DNA of 64,000 nt from Acidobacteriota bacterium (GTDB taxonomy: Bacteria; Acidobacteriota; UBA6911): the NCBI GenBank assembly GCA_963664705.1, contig OY761556.1:3264001-3328000 (forward strand), in the 5' to 3' direction. Under the pieces are notes generated by a model. The model was not told where the DNA came from. It did not search any database and saw nothing but the letters and a program-made list of their open reading frames with translations. The translations under genes and the position numbers were made by a program. Positions within the stretch are counted from its first letter, which is position 1, and each line of letters starts with the position of its first letter. This document shows, in pieces, positions 44,851 through 55,150 of this stretch.

Positions 44851-45191
44851 TCTTGCCTGCAGCTTCATGCTTCCATTGAAACAGCTAAATGGACGGAGAA
44901 TCCACAATGGTAATATTTGCCATCGGGCTATTCTTGGGTGCTACGGTCGGATTGCTGGGAGCACTTTTCTGCCTGGCCGCGGACAAATACCTGGAGTGAG
45001 CAGATCCCGTTTCGACCATCCCTCTGCCGCTTCGTATCTACCCAAGGTCCTCAACTTCACGACTCATCGAGTTTTCAGTTGCAACGGCGAACAGCCGGAG
45101 TGTGCGCAGAATTTGCCCGTGCAGGGCTGAAATCAGGTTATAATCCGCACTTTCATCAACGGTACTTTTTCGTGCGAGTGCAGCCCGGGTA

Positions 45192-46262
45192 ATGGATCGT
45201 CCCAAAACACTCCCTTTTTCACTGCGATATACCCCGATGCTGGATGGCATCCGCGGTCTTGCCGTCGTCGCGGTCATGATCGTTCACATGAAGATTCCCT
45301 ATCTGCAGTGGGGATACCTGGGGGTGGATGTTTTCTTCACTCTGAGCGGCTTTCTGATCACGACGATTCTTGTGCAGGAGTGGGTGGAAACGGGAACCAT
45401 TAACTTTAGGAATTTCTATGCGCGCCGTGCACTGCGGCTCCTTCCGGCGTTGTCACTCCTGCTCATCGCAACCCTGCTGCCGCTGAACCCTGTGGCGCTG
45501 CCGCAGCGTCTCAAGGCTGCGGGAATCGCCCTCTTCTACAGTTCCAACTGGGTCCGCGCCCTGGCTCCCGACTTTAACCTCTCGGCCCTCGCCCACACGT
45601 GGTCGCTCTCTGTCGAAGAGCAGTTTTATTTCCTGTGGCCCATAGCCCTGGCCCTGTTGCTTCGCCGATGCTCTTCCGCGGGAAAACTGGTGTCCATTCT
45701 CGGTCTTGCCACGCTTGCATCCATTGCGTGCCGTGTGGTCCTTTGGAAGGCCGGCGCCGGTGCCATGCGCCTTTATAACGGCCTGGATACGCGCGCGGAT
45801 TCACTACTGGCAGGATGTCTGCTGAGTCTGCTGCTTTCCTTCGGAATACTCAAAAGCGGCATCAGGATCAGGCCGGTCGCAATCGGTGCGCTGGCTGTCA
45901 TTGCCATCCCCGGACTTCTGATGGTCTTCAGTTCAGAGTGGAACGACAGTTACATGTTCCTGGCGGGGTATACGTTGATGGCACTCGGCTCCGCCGCTTT
46001 GATTTTTCTGGCCATTAGCCCGGGTTCGCCTGCGCTGAAGGCGGTGCTTTCCTTCCGCCCGCTGGTATGGATTGGAAGTGTCTCCTACGGAGTCTACCTC
46101 TGGCATTACCCGATCTTTGCCTACTTCGAAGGACTTGGATGGCCGCGGCTGTTGAAGGTGGCGGGGATGTGGAGTACGGTTCTTGCCGTTGCAGCATTAT
46201 CGTTCTATGGGCTGGAGCGACCATTCCTTCGCATGAAACGGCGCTTTCAAAAACAGCCCTGA
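45192..46262 (+). CDS. Acyltransferase family 3 (OafA/OatA-like O-acyltransferase)
   Basis: LDGIRGLAV, GVDVFFTLSGFLIT, RRALRLLP, HTWSLSVEEQFY, SYGVYLWH. Confidence 0.93.
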   Translation: MDRPKTLPFSLRYTPMLDGIRGLAVVAVMIVHMKIPYLQWGYLGVDVFFTLSGFLITTILVQEWVETGTINFRNFYARRALRLLPALSLLLIATLLPLNPVALPQRLKAAGIALFYSSNWVRALAPDFNLSALAHTWSLSVEEQFYFLWPIALALLLRRCSSAGKLVSILGLATLASIACRVVLWKAGAGAMRLYNGLDTRADSLLAGCLLSLLLSFGILKSGIRIRPVAIGALAVIAIPGLLMVFSSEWNDSYMFLAGYTLMALGSAALIFLAISPGSPALKAVLSFRPLVWIGSVSYGVYLWHYPIFAYFEGLGWPRLLKVAGMWSTVLAVAALSFYGLERPFLRMKRRFQKQP

Positions 46263-46325
46263 GACAAGTCTGCCACGAACCGCACGGACCTTGCGTGCAA
46301 TTCGTGGCAGAAAACCTCGTCCGAA

Positions 46326-47930
46326 TTACAACCGCAGCATGGATGCTTTCAATACGCCTTCCAGCTGACTCAACTGCATCAGAACGGATTCGCTCACTTC
46401 CCCGTCCACGCTGACGAAAGACACAGCCTTTTCGCCTTTTTGGTTCCGGCTCCATTGCATGGCTGCAATGTTGATCCCGTTTGCGCCGAGCAGCGTCCCC
46501 ACGCGTCCGATGGTACCCGGCATATCGATATTCTGAATAGCAATCACATACGGTGCCGGTTCGAAATCGAGTTTATAGCCGAAGAAATCGACAATCCGGA
46601 GATCTTCCTTGGCAAACACCGTCCCGGAAATCGACAATTCCTTGGTCTTCGTGATGAATTTGACCGTGATCAGGTTGGTGTATTTGTCGAGATGGGAATT
46701 TTTGCTTTCCGTCAGTTGGAGGCCCATGTTCTCCGCAATCAGCTCCGCGTTGACATAGTTCACCTTCTCCGGAACGATCGGGCTCAGGAAGCCTTTCAGG
46801 AAGGACAGCGAAATGACCTTGGTTTCCTTGTCGGCCAGGTCTCCGCTGTAAACGACCTCCAACCTCTGCACCGTTTCCTTCTCGGCCTGGTAATAAACTT
46901 TCCCCAACATCTCCGCCAGATCGATATACGGTTTGAGCTCTTTCAGGTCGCCGGGTTTTAACGGAGGCATGTTGACGGCAGCCACCAGTTCACCGTTCAG
47001 TGCATCGCCGACAAGCTTGGTGATAGCGGTCCCGACGTTGTAATTCGCCTCCTCCGTGGAAGCGCCCAGGTGCGGGGTAATGATGACGCTGTCCAGTTCG
47101 AGCAGCGGGTTTTTATAAGTCTGGTCTTCCGGCTTCTTGTCGTAGCCCGGCTCGGGATCCAGGACATCGATGCCGGCTCCAGCCACCTGGCCGCGCTTGA
47201 TGGCATCGTAAAGCGCCTTCTCGTTAATGAGGCCGCCTCGGGCCGCATTGACGAGCCTCACACCCTTTTTGCATTTCTTCAGCTGTTCTTCTCCAACCAT
47301 GCCGTATGTTTCGGTGGTTTTGGGTGTATGGATGGTGATGAGGTCGGACTGGGCCAGCAGTTCATCCAGCGTCTGGCATTTTTCCACGCCATTGCGTTTG
47401 AATTTGTCATCGGTAATGTACGGGTCATAGGCAACAGCCCGCATATTGGCTCCGATCAGTTTTCTGGCAACGATGGATCCGATACGGCCGAGGCCGATAA
47501 TGCCAACCGTCTTCCCGTCGAGTTCCTGCCCCAGGAATTTGTTTCTCCGGAAATCCAGCTTCTTCCCGGCGGAGTTTGCCTGCGCGATGTTTCGGAAAAT
47601 AGCATATGCCATTCCAATAGCAAGTTCCGCTGCAGCCATGGTGTTGCTTTCCGGGGTGTTGACGACAATGATCCCCTTCTTTGTGCAGTGGTCCACATCG
47701 ATGTTGTCGATCCCATTGCCGGCTCTTCCCGCAACTTTCAGATTCACACCCTTATCGATCAGGGCGCGATCCACCTTGGTCACACTTCTGACTATGATTG
47801 CGTCGTATTGATCTATGATTCCGAGCAGATCGCTTTGGGAAATACCGTATTTCACATCAACATCAAACCCGTTCTGGCTCAGGTAATTTACGCCCTCATC
47901 GGCAATTCTCTCAGTAACGATAATTTTCAT
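46326..47930 (-). CDS. serA: D-3-phosphoglycerate dehydrogenase (type I, ASB and ACT domains)
   Basis: VRSVTKV, GRAG.G.DNID, GLGRIG, NAARGG, TPHLGAST; C-terminal ACT. Confidence 0.95.
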   Translation of the reverse strand: MKIIVTERIADEGVNYLSQNGFDVDVKYGISQSDLLGIIDQYDAIIVRSVTKVDRALIDKGVNLKVAGRAGNGIDNIDVDHCTKKGIIVVNTPESNTMAAAELAIGMAYAIFRNIAQANSAGKKLDFRRNKFLGQELDGKTVGIIGLGRIGSIVARKLIGANMRAVAYDPYITDDKFKRNGVEKCQTLDELLAQSDLITIHTPKTTETYGMVGEEQLKKCKKGVRLVNAARGGLINEKALYDAIKRGQVAGAGIDVLDPEPGYDKKPEDQTYKNPLLELDSVIITPHLGASTEEANYNVGTAITKLVGDALNGELVAAVNMPPLKPGDLKELKPYIDLAEMLGKVYYQAEKETVQRLEVVYSGDLADKETKVISLSFLKGFLSPIVPEKVNYVNAELIAENMGLQLTESKNSHLDKYTNLITVKFITKTKELSISGTVFAKEDLRIVDFFGYKLDFEPAPYVIAIQNIDMPGTIGRVGTLLGANGINIAAMQWSRNQKGEKAVSFVSVDGEVSESVLMQLSQLEGVLKASMLRL

Positions 47931-48175
47931 GATGCAATGGCCCCTAATTGATTTGTATCAAAGCTGCTGTAACCGATAGGCGGGACATGCGGCGAATCAC
48001 GTCTATTGACCGGAAGGTTCTGCCTATCGGACACCTGGTCTGCACCCGTCATATTAACATGGAGCGCAAAAGTGAGAGCACGGAAACTGTCGCCTGAGAA
48101 TTCCGTGCATTCTGCTTTCTTCCGTGTTCACCGCAGCCGGAACTGTGCTAAGGTGCTTTCACTTCAAAATCGGGG

Positions 48176-49459
48176 ATGGATACCATGAAGATATGCCGGC
48201 TATCGAAACCAGTTTTGCCTTTATTGCTTTCCACTGCATTTGTTCTCGCATGTTTATTTGCCTTATCCGGAAACCCTCTGGCAGGGGAGGCAACAAAAGG
48301 TAATCGGGCCAATCCCGCGATTACGGAATACGAACCGGCGTTGGCCGTTCGCACGCCCACCTGTATCTCCTGCCATGCCAAAATCCGATCCAGCATCGTC
48401 ACCGATTTCGGTTACGGAGATCGATACTTTTTCGGCAACAAAGCCGGAGGCGGCAAATTCGGCTCATTTGAAGGACACATCTACGGCGATTTCTTCGGCG
48501 GTGAACCGAACAAAACCGGCTGGATTACGGCCGAAATGAGCAAGAGCATCATCGTACCTCAAGCCGATTTCAACCTGGATCTCGCCGCCGCCGGCTCGAA
48601 GCTTCCAGGCCAGTATAAAGAGGCGCTGCAGTCAAAATCCCTTGCTCAATATCTGCGTGCACTGGAAAAACAGAAGCAGGCGCCCGCTCCCGTGATCGAA
48701 AAGAAAAATGTCTATATCGGAGCCCCGGATGTCGCAACCCTGGAAGCGCGATTTGACATCCCTGCGGGATCAGGCGCAAAAATCAAGTATGTCAAAACTT
48801 CCAGCGCTTCCCCCGCTATCAGCGGCATCGGGCTCGCTCAGGAAAAAACCTATTTCACCAACACCGCGGAGATCGTATGCGATGGAGATCTGCTTGTGCG
48901 CGGAACCCTCTTCCTGAAGCAACCGGTTGTGGCCACCGATACAGGATGCCGCATCTATGCCACGGGGCCTGTTTTTTTGCAGGGACCCATCACCTACAGG
49001 AATCGAGGGAAATCCTCTGACGACAGAACGAACCTGCAACTGGTCAGTTCCAAAGCCATCCTGTTGGGACTGGGAGACAAGAGCTGCGATTCAACTTACA
49101 AAGACAGCCCTCTTTCCCGTCGCCTGATTTCCGGCCTGGCGGTTTCCACCTACTGGACGCGGGAAGCCGTCAAAATGTCGATCGATCCGCTCAAATGGGG
49201 AGAGGCTGTTTATGCGGAAGGCAAAAAGATTCCCGGGCTGGAAGATGCCGGATGCACCGGCGACAACCTGGATTTTTCGCGCCTGCTGCTCAATGCGCCG
49301 CAGGTGCACAGCCGTTACAAGGGAAATTTCAAGGGACTGATCATCGCGGAACTCGTTCTCTATCGGCTGGGAAAATCAAATTTCGAATTCGATCCGGTGT
49401 TCAAGAGCGTCCCGGTCCTGCCGCGTCTCAAGGATACGGATTATCTGGTGGTCCAATAG
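48176..49459 (+). CDS. Exported hypothetical protein with a single CxxCH motif
   Basis: N-terminal hydrophobic signal; TPTCISCHAKI; beta-rich C-terminus. Confidence 0.6.
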   Translation: MDTMKICRLSKPVLPLLLSTAFVLACLFALSGNPLAGEATKGNRANPAITEYEPALAVRTPTCISCHAKIRSSIVTDFGYGDRYFFGNKAGGGKFGSFEGHIYGDFFGGEPNKTGWITAEMSKSIIVPQADFNLDLAAAGSKLPGQYKEALQSKSLAQYLRALEKQKQAPAPVIEKKNVYIGAPDVATLEARFDIPAGSGAKIKYVKTSSASPAISGIGLAQEKTYFTNTAEIVCDGDLLVRGTLFLKQPVVATDTGCRIYATGPVFLQGPITYRNRGKSSDDRTNLQLVSSKAILLGLGDKSCDSTYKDSPLSRRLISGLAVSTYWTREAVKMSIDPLKWGEAVYAEGKKIPGLEDAGCTGDNLDFSRLLLNAPQVHSRYKGNFKGLIIAELVLYRLGKSNFEFDPVFKSVPVLPRLKDTDYLVVQ

Positions 49460-49559
49460 GATTGAAGGCCGCGAGAGCCTGAGAGCTTATAAAAAGCTTA
49501 TGCGAATAGGCCGGGAATTTAGCTTTCCCGGCCCATTTGCGTTAAAAACCCGATCGTCG

Positions 49560-50642
49560 CTATTCAATGATCATCGTGTTGCTGTTGCTCAAATTCGCAA
49601 TACTCACCTGAACAGCTACTTTTTCGGCTACTTCCAGAAATGCTTTTGCCGCGGGAGATTCTCTATTCACAGCCACAACAGGCTTCCCTGCGTCCCCGCC
49701 TTCGCGGACCGACATGTTTAGAGGAATTTCTCCGAGGAAAGGCACTCCGAACTTATTTGCAGTCTCCGCGGCTCCGCCATGGCTGAATATATGGGTGCGT
49801 TCGTTGCAGTTGGGACACTGGAAATAGGACATGTTCTCAACGATGCCCAAGACCTCGACTCGAACCTGCCGAAACATCAGAATAGCTTTCCGAGCGTCCT
49901 GTAATGCGACATCCTGGGGAGTGCTGACCACGATTGCGCCCATCAACGGAACGGTCTGGGTCAGGCTCAGTTGCACATCGCCGGTGCCGGGCGGCAGATC
50001 GATCAGAAGGTAATCCAGTTGGCCCCAGTCGACCTGACGCAGAAACTGCTGAATGACATTGTGAAGCATCGGGCCGCGCCAGATCAGCGGCGTATCATCG
50101 CTGGTGAGGAAGCCCATGGACATCACACGAACGCCATAATTTGAAAGAGTCTGAATCCGATCTTCGACCGCATAGGGGCGACCGGTGATTCCCATCATCA
50201 GCGGCACATTGGGTCCGTAAATATCCGCATCCATCAGGCCGACGCTGGCTCCGGTCTGTGCAAGAGCGACCGCAAGGTTGACGGTGACGGTGCTTTTTCC
50301 GACCCCTCCCTTTCCGCTTCCGACGGCAATGATATTCTTAACGCCTTCGATGGATTGCTTGCCGGCAGGGGCGGTACCGCGGGATACGGCGGCGCTCATG
50401 CGGATGTCCACTTCCTGCACCCCCTCCACCTTGAGCACGGCTTCACGGGCCCACTGCTGCATTTGGTCCTTCACGGGACACGCCGGAGTGGTCAATTCTA
50501 TGGTGAACGAAACTTTGCCGCCGTCGATCGTCAGATCCTTGATGAAGTTGAGCGTGACAATGTCTTTGTGCAGGTCGGGATCCTGGACGGTTCGCAGCGC
50601 GTCGAGTATTGATTTCTCCGAAGGATTGTTTTTGCTGGCCAT
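49560..50642 (-). CDS. apbC: Mrp/ApbC (NBP35) Fe-S cluster carrier ATPase
   Basis: DUF59 N-terminus (DPDL..TTPACP), GKGGVGKST, DADIYGP, DLPPGTGD, ENMS..CPNC. Confidence 0.95.
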   Translation of the reverse strand: MASKNNPSEKSILDALRTVQDPDLHKDIVTLNFIKDLTIDGGKVSFTIELTTPACPVKDQMQQWAREAVLKVEGVQEVDIRMSAAVSRGTAPAGKQSIEGVKNIIAVGSGKGGVGKSTVTVNLAVALAQTGASVGLMDADIYGPNVPLMMGITGRPYAVEDRIQTLSNYGVRVMSMGFLTSDDTPLIWRGPMLHNVIQQFLRQVDWGQLDYLLIDLPPGTGDVQLSLTQTVPLMGAIVVSTPQDVALQDARKAILMFRQVRVEVLGIVENMSYFQCPNCNERTHIFSHGGAAETANKFGVPFLGEIPLNMSVREGGDAGKPVVAVNRESPAAKAFLEVAEKVAVQVSIANLSNSNTMIIE

Positions 50643-50654
50643 GGTTAACTCTTT

Positions 50655-50870
50655 CTATTTGCGAAAAATGTACATGATTAGAGTGAAAAGGACGCTTATG
50701 AGAATGCAGGTTGTCACAGGGAAGTAAAAGGAAAAGCTGCCGCGCCGAACCCGGATATCCCCCGGGAGGCGACCCAGGCCCAGGTTCGAAAACAGATGCG
50801 AATAATTTATCAGCAGGCCGGACAGCAAAAGCACGACCCCCGCGGCTATCAGCACTTTCCCAGTACTCAT
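50655..50870 (-). CDS. DUF2905 small membrane protein
   Basis: LGRLPGDI...FYFPVTTCILIS. Confidence 0.88.
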   Translation of the reverse strand: MSTGKVLIAAGVVLLLSGLLINYSHLFSNLGLGRLPGDIRVRRGSFSFYFPVTTCILISVLFTLIMYIFRK

Positions 50871-50897
50871 ATTATTGATTTTAGAGGATCAGGCGGC

Positions 50898-50985
50898 ATT
50901 TACGAATGACGATTTACGCTGGATGACTGACGATGGTCTTCAAAAGCATGAAGCCATCGCCAATCATCCAGCGTCATTCGTCAAT
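50898..50985. repeat. Heptamer-flavoured long hairpin overlapping the ndk stop
   Basis: TTTACGAATGACGATTTACGCTGGATGACTGACGATGG...CCATCGCCAATCATCCAGCGTCATTCGTCAA. Confidence 0.7.
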
Positions 50986-51397
50986 TGGTTTCCAGTTGGT
51001 TGAAGAAGTAGGCGGTTTCGAATGCAGCCGTTTCCGGGGCATCCGAACCGTGTGTGGTGTTGCGTTCAATGGATTGACCGAAATCTTTTCGGATGGTGCC
51101 CGCGGCCGCCTTGGCGGGATCGGTTGCGCCCATCAGTTCACGCCAGCGCAGAATGGCCCCTTCGCCGCTCAAAATCATGAGAACGACGGGCCCCTCAGCC
51201 ATGAACGCAGTCAGGCTGGCGAAAAAGGGTCTTTCCTTGTGAACGGCATAAAAGCCTTCAACCTGTTTCTGCGACAGGTGAAGCATCTTCATGGCCTTGA
51301 TCTTCAATCCGCTCGCTTCAATTCGCTGAATGACAGCCCCGACAAGATTGCGGGCAACCCCATCGGGCTTGATAATCGCTAGTGTCTGCTCTACCAC
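50981..51397 (-). CDS. ndk: Nucleoside diphosphate kinase
   Basis: [28 protein letters not shown]. Confidence 0.98.
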   Translation of the reverse strand: MVEQTLAIIKPDGVARNLVGAVIQRIEASGLKIKAMKMLHLSQKQVEGFYAVHKERPFFASLTAFMAEGPVVLMILSGEGAILRWRELMGATDPAKAAAGTIRKDFGQSIERNTTHGSDAPETAAFETAYFFNQLETN

Positions 51398-51406
51398 GAA
51401 TTTCTC

Positions 51407-52273
51407 CTATAATAGTTTTGAAACTGCTTCGCCGATATCGGCCGGGCTCAGGACAACGTGAATCCCGCACTGCTGCATTTTTTCAATTTTTTCGGCTGCA
51501 GTGCCCTTGCCGCCGGCAATAATAGCACCGGCGTGCCCCATCCGTCGTCCCGGAGGCGCCGTTCTTCCGGCAATAAACCCTACCACAGGCTTCTTGACAT
51601 TCGCCTTTATAAAATCGGCCGCTTCCTCTTCCGCCGTGCCGCCGATCTCGCCAACCATAACAATGGCGTGCGTGTCGGGATCATTATTGAACATGGTCAG
51701 GGCATCAATAAAGCTGGTCCCGATGATCGGATCCCCGCCAATCCCGATACAGGTGGATTGCCCGATATTTCTGGTCGTCATCTGGTGCACGGCTTCATAG
51801 GTCAGGGTGCCGCTGCGGGAAACCAGTCCCACATGCCCCTCCTTGAATACCTGTCCCGGCATGATCCCGATTTTGCATTTTCCGGGTGAAATGACACCGG
51901 GGCAATTCGGCCCGATCAGGCGACTCTTGGATTCGGCGAGCACGGTCATCGTCCGCACCATGTCAAAAGTCGGAATACCCTCGGTGATGCAAATAACCAG
52001 AGGCAAATTCGCGGATGCTGATTCCATGATGGCATCGGCCGCAAATGGAGGAGGAACAAAGATGACGCTGGCATTTGCCCCTTCCTTTTCCACCGCCTCC
52101 TCAACCGTGTTGAAAATGGGGATGCCTTCGTAAGAGGTTCCCCCTTTGCCGGGCGTAATGCCGGCAACAACATTTGTGCCGTAAGCCTTGCACTGCAGTG
52201 CGTGAAAAGAACCTTCTTTCCCCGTAATTCCCTGTACCGCCAGACGCGTGCTTTTATCGACTAGGATGGACAA
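51407..52273 (-). CDS. sucD: Succinyl-CoA synthetase alpha subunit
   Basis: [29 protein letters not shown]. Confidence 0.98.
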   Translation of the reverse strand: MSILVDKSTRLAVQGITGKEGSFHALQCKAYGTNVVAGITPGKGGTSYEGIPIFNTVEEAVEKEGANASVIFVPPPFAADAIMESASANLPLVICITEGIPTFDMVRTMTVLAESKSRLIGPNCPGVISPGKCKIGIMPGQVFKEGHVGLVSRSGTLTYEAVHQMTTRNIGQSTCIGIGGDPIIGTSFIDALTMFNNDPDTHAIVMVGEIGGTAEEEAADFIKANVKKPVVGFIAGRTAPPGRRMGHAGAIIAGGKGTAAEKIEKMQQCGIHVVLSPADIGEAVSKLL

Positions 52274-52284
52274 TGGAAACCTCC

Positions 52285-53442
52285 TTACTTGGCTAACGCA
52301 ACGACTTTATCTGCGGCATCCTTCATTCCCTCCGCCACCGTGAACTGAAGCCCCGAAGTGCGGAGTATTTCCTGCCCTTTCTCGACGTTTGTGCCTTCCA
52401 GGCGAACAACTACCGGGACCTTGATCCCAATGGCTTTTGCGGCGCCAACGACACCGCTGGCGACTATATCGCAGCGCATGATTCCGCCAAAGATATTGAT
52501 GAGGACAGCTTTGACATTGCCATCGCCCAGTATGATCTTAAAGGCATTCTTTACCTGAGCCTCGGTCGCGCCACCCCCGACATCCAAAAAATTAGCCGGG
52601 CTCCCACCCGCCAGCTTGATGATGTCCATGGTTGCCATGGCAAGGCCGGCACCGTTAACCATGCACCCAATATTCCCATCGAGGCGGATGTAATTAATGC
52701 TGTGCCGGGAGGCTTCTATTTCGAGGGGATCTTCTTCGTAGAAATCGCGGAAAGCGACAATATCTTTGTGTCTGTATAGCGCATTGTCGTCAAAGCCAAC
52801 CTTGGCATCGGCTGCATACAGTTTGCCCCCCTCCGTAAGCAGAAATGGATTGACCTCGACAAGAGTCGCGTCAACCGCCTCGAAAACCCGATAGAGCGAC
52901 TCGATGGCTTTTATCGCCTGGTTCAGCAAGTCTCCGCTCAAGCCGAGTTTGAATCCCATCTTTTTGGCCGCAAACGGTCTCAGGCCGACCGACGGATTCA
53001 CATACTCCTTGTAGATCAGGTCCGGCGTCTCGGCAGCAACCTTTTCTATATCCATGCCGCCAGCCGGAGACACCATAAGGACCGGACGCCGTGTGCCCCG
53101 ATCCATGATAATCCCCAGATAAAACTCCTTCTTTATCGCCAGCGTCTCCTCGATCAACACCCGCCGCACAATACGGCCCTCCGGCCCTGTCTGATGGGTC
53201 ACCAGCGTCATCCCGAGCATCTTATGCGCAATCTCCTCCGCTTCCGCAGGCGAGGATGCCAGTTTGACGCCGCCCCCCTTCCCGCGTCCGCCGGCATGAA
53301 TCTGCGCCTTTACCACGACGGAACCGCCCAGCCGGGACGCAGACTCGTAAGCCTCATAGGGATTGGAGGCTATTTCCCCACGAGGAACAGGAACACCGAA
53401 CTGCGCGAGTATCTGTTTGGCTTGAAACTCATGGATTTTCAC
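52285..53442 (-). CDS. sucC: Succinyl-CoA synthetase beta subunit
   Basis: [41 protein letters not shown]. Confidence 0.98.
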   Translation of the reverse strand: MKIHEFQAKQILAQFGVPVPRGEIASNPYEAYESASRLGGSVVVKAQIHAGGRGKGGGVKLASSPAEAEEIAHKMLGMTLVTHQTGPEGRIVRRVLIEETLAIKKEFYLGIIMDRGTRRPVLMVSPAGGMDIEKVAAETPDLIYKEYVNPSVGLRPFAAKKMGFKLGLSGDLLNQAIKAIESLYRVFEAVDATLVEVNPFLLTEGGKLYAADAKVGFDDNALYRHKDIVAFRDFYEEDPLEIEASRHSINYIRLDGNIGCMVNGAGLAMATMDIIKLAGGSPANFLDVGGGATEAQVKNAFKIILGDGNVKAVLINIFGGIMRCDIVASGVVGAAKAIGIKVPVVVRLEGTNVEKGQEILRTSGLQFTVAEGMKDAADKVVALAK

Positions 53443-53677
53443 AGTGATTGTTTCCTCATTCCCGTAAGCCCCCCTACGGATCTCTCGGGTTTATTGTGGA
53501 CTGATGTGGGAGCCTGAAACGGTAGGGAGTTTCAGGAGTACTGCCCATTCTATTGCACAGCGGCAAGCCGTTCAAAACAAAAATGTGCCCCAATTACAAT
53601 CACAGTTCATATATCGGCTGTCCCCGGAATATTCGTCGCTCGCATGAGTAAATTTGGTATCAAGCCTATGCAAGGCG

Positions 53678-53706
53678 TTGACGTCCTTGGGACGGTTTGG
53701 TAGTAT
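53678..53706 (+). promoter_or_regulatory. Sigma70 promoter of tRNA-Glu
   Basis: TTGACG-N17-TAGTAT, 11 nt upstream of the tRNA. Confidence 0.7.
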
Positions 53707-53717
53707 CTTGCGGTTGT

Positions 53718-53792
53718 GGCGCTATCGTCTAGGGGTCAGGACGGGTGGTTCTCAGCCATCAAACCAGGGTTCGATTCCCTGTAGCGCTACCA
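53718..53792 (+). tRNA. tRNA-Glu (CTC)
   Basis: GGCGCTA...TAGCGCT-ACCA; anticodon loop TT-CTC-AG. Confidence 0.93.
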
Positions 53793-54003
53793 GCCCTCGC
53801 TGCAAGCCGAAAAACCAATCATTTACACAAAAGAATAGCAGGAAATGGGGCCTTGGAACGGCTTTATGTCGCCATTCCCGGCTTCTGACGCCAACCCGCC
53901 GCTGTCGCCTGCTTCTTCCCGGAGGCGCAAGCCAAAAGCTGCAATGAATGCTTGCATCTTGCCTTGAAACTCCTGCATCCTTAATTTTTTGCGAGAGAAA
54001 AAC

Positions 54004-55005
54004 ATGAGGACAACGGCTGAGGAGAAAAAGGTGGTTCTGGCGTCCCCGAGAGGGTTTTGCGCGGGAGTTGTCCGAGCCATCGATATCGTAAATCTTGCCC
54101 TCGAGGCATACGGTCCACCGATCTACGTTCGAAAGGAAATCGTACACAACAAGTTCGTCGTCAACGAACTGCATCTCAAGGGCATCATCTTTGTTAATGA
54201 GTTGGACGAAGTACCGATCGGCAGCCGTGTCATTTTCAGCGCGCATGGCGTTTCGCCTGATGTCACCGAGGCTGCATCAGCCCGCAACCTGCAGGTCATC
54301 GATGCGACCTGCCCCCTTGTGACCAAGGTGCATCGGGAGGCGATACGATACGCACGCCAGGACTTTACGATCATCCTGATCGGCCATGCAGACCACGACG
54401 AGGTCATCGGCACACTTGGAGAGGCGCCCACATCTATAATAGTCCTCAACCCCGAGGACAAGGTCGAAGGGCTGAAAGTACCGGATCCATCCAAGATAGC
54501 CTACCTTACCCAGACTACCCTGAGTCTGAACGAAACACGTTTCCTGGTCGAGAGACTCCGCCAGAGATTTCCCAGTATCATTGCTCCTGGTTCAGAGGAC
54601 ATCTGCTATGCGACCCAGAATCGCCAAAGCGCGGTCCTGGACCTGTCACAAAAACAAAGGGCTGAGTTGATTCTGGTCGTAGGATCTGCCAACAGCTCCA
54701 ATTCGCGCCGCCTGGTGGAAGTGGCCCGCAGTACCGGCGTACCGGCTTATCTCATTGATAACACGGAAGACATCCAACCCTCCTGGCTTGAAGGCATTCA
54801 CATCATCGGACTCACGGCCGGCGCATCGGCCCCCGAAGGCCTTGTTGGAAGAGTTGTTCAGTATCTGAATGAGCTTGGCTATCCACGGGTGGAAACCGCC
54901 GGGAATATCATCGAAAATGTCGAATTTTCCCTTCCGGAGGAACTCATTAAGACAGTTCAGGAACATAAATCACGCGACGAGAAATCGAAAAGAAATTTCC
55001 ACTGA
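54004..55005 (+). CDS. ispH: 4-hydroxy-3-methylbut-2-enyl diphosphate reductase
   Basis: PRGFCAGV, IVHN, SAHG, DATCPLV, DICYATQNRQ, NSSNS, TAGASAP. Confidence 0.97.
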   Translation: MRTTAEEKKVVLASPRGFCAGVVRAIDIVNLALEAYGPPIYVRKEIVHNKFVVNELHLKGIIFVNELDEVPIGSRVIFSAHGVSPDVTEAASARNLQVIDATCPLVTKVHREAIRYARQDFTIILIGHADHDEVIGTLGEAPTSIIVLNPEDKVEGLKVPDPSKIAYLTQTTLSLNETRFLVERLRQRFPSIIAPGSEDICYATQNRQSAVLDLSQKQRAELILVVGSANSSNSRRLVEVARSTGVPAYLIDNTEDIQPSWLEGIHIIGLTAGASAPEGLVGRVVQYLNELGYPRVETAGNIIENVEFSLPEELIKTVQEHKSRDEKSKRNFH

Positions 55006-55150
55006 ATCCTTTAGGATTATTGGAAAAACCATGCGCTTGGGCTATAGTTGGGTATTTGTATAGACTTTGGGGCAGTACTTTCACAAATTTCGGGGGAAGA
55101 ACTGCGAAAAATGGTAGTTAGCGGGTACTCGCAGCGGGAAGACAGGGGCT

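Noticed and set aside
42978-45190. Intact prophage or integrative island at tmRNA
   Set aside because: No integrase, no phage genes and no duplicated ssrA 3' end found; only remnants.
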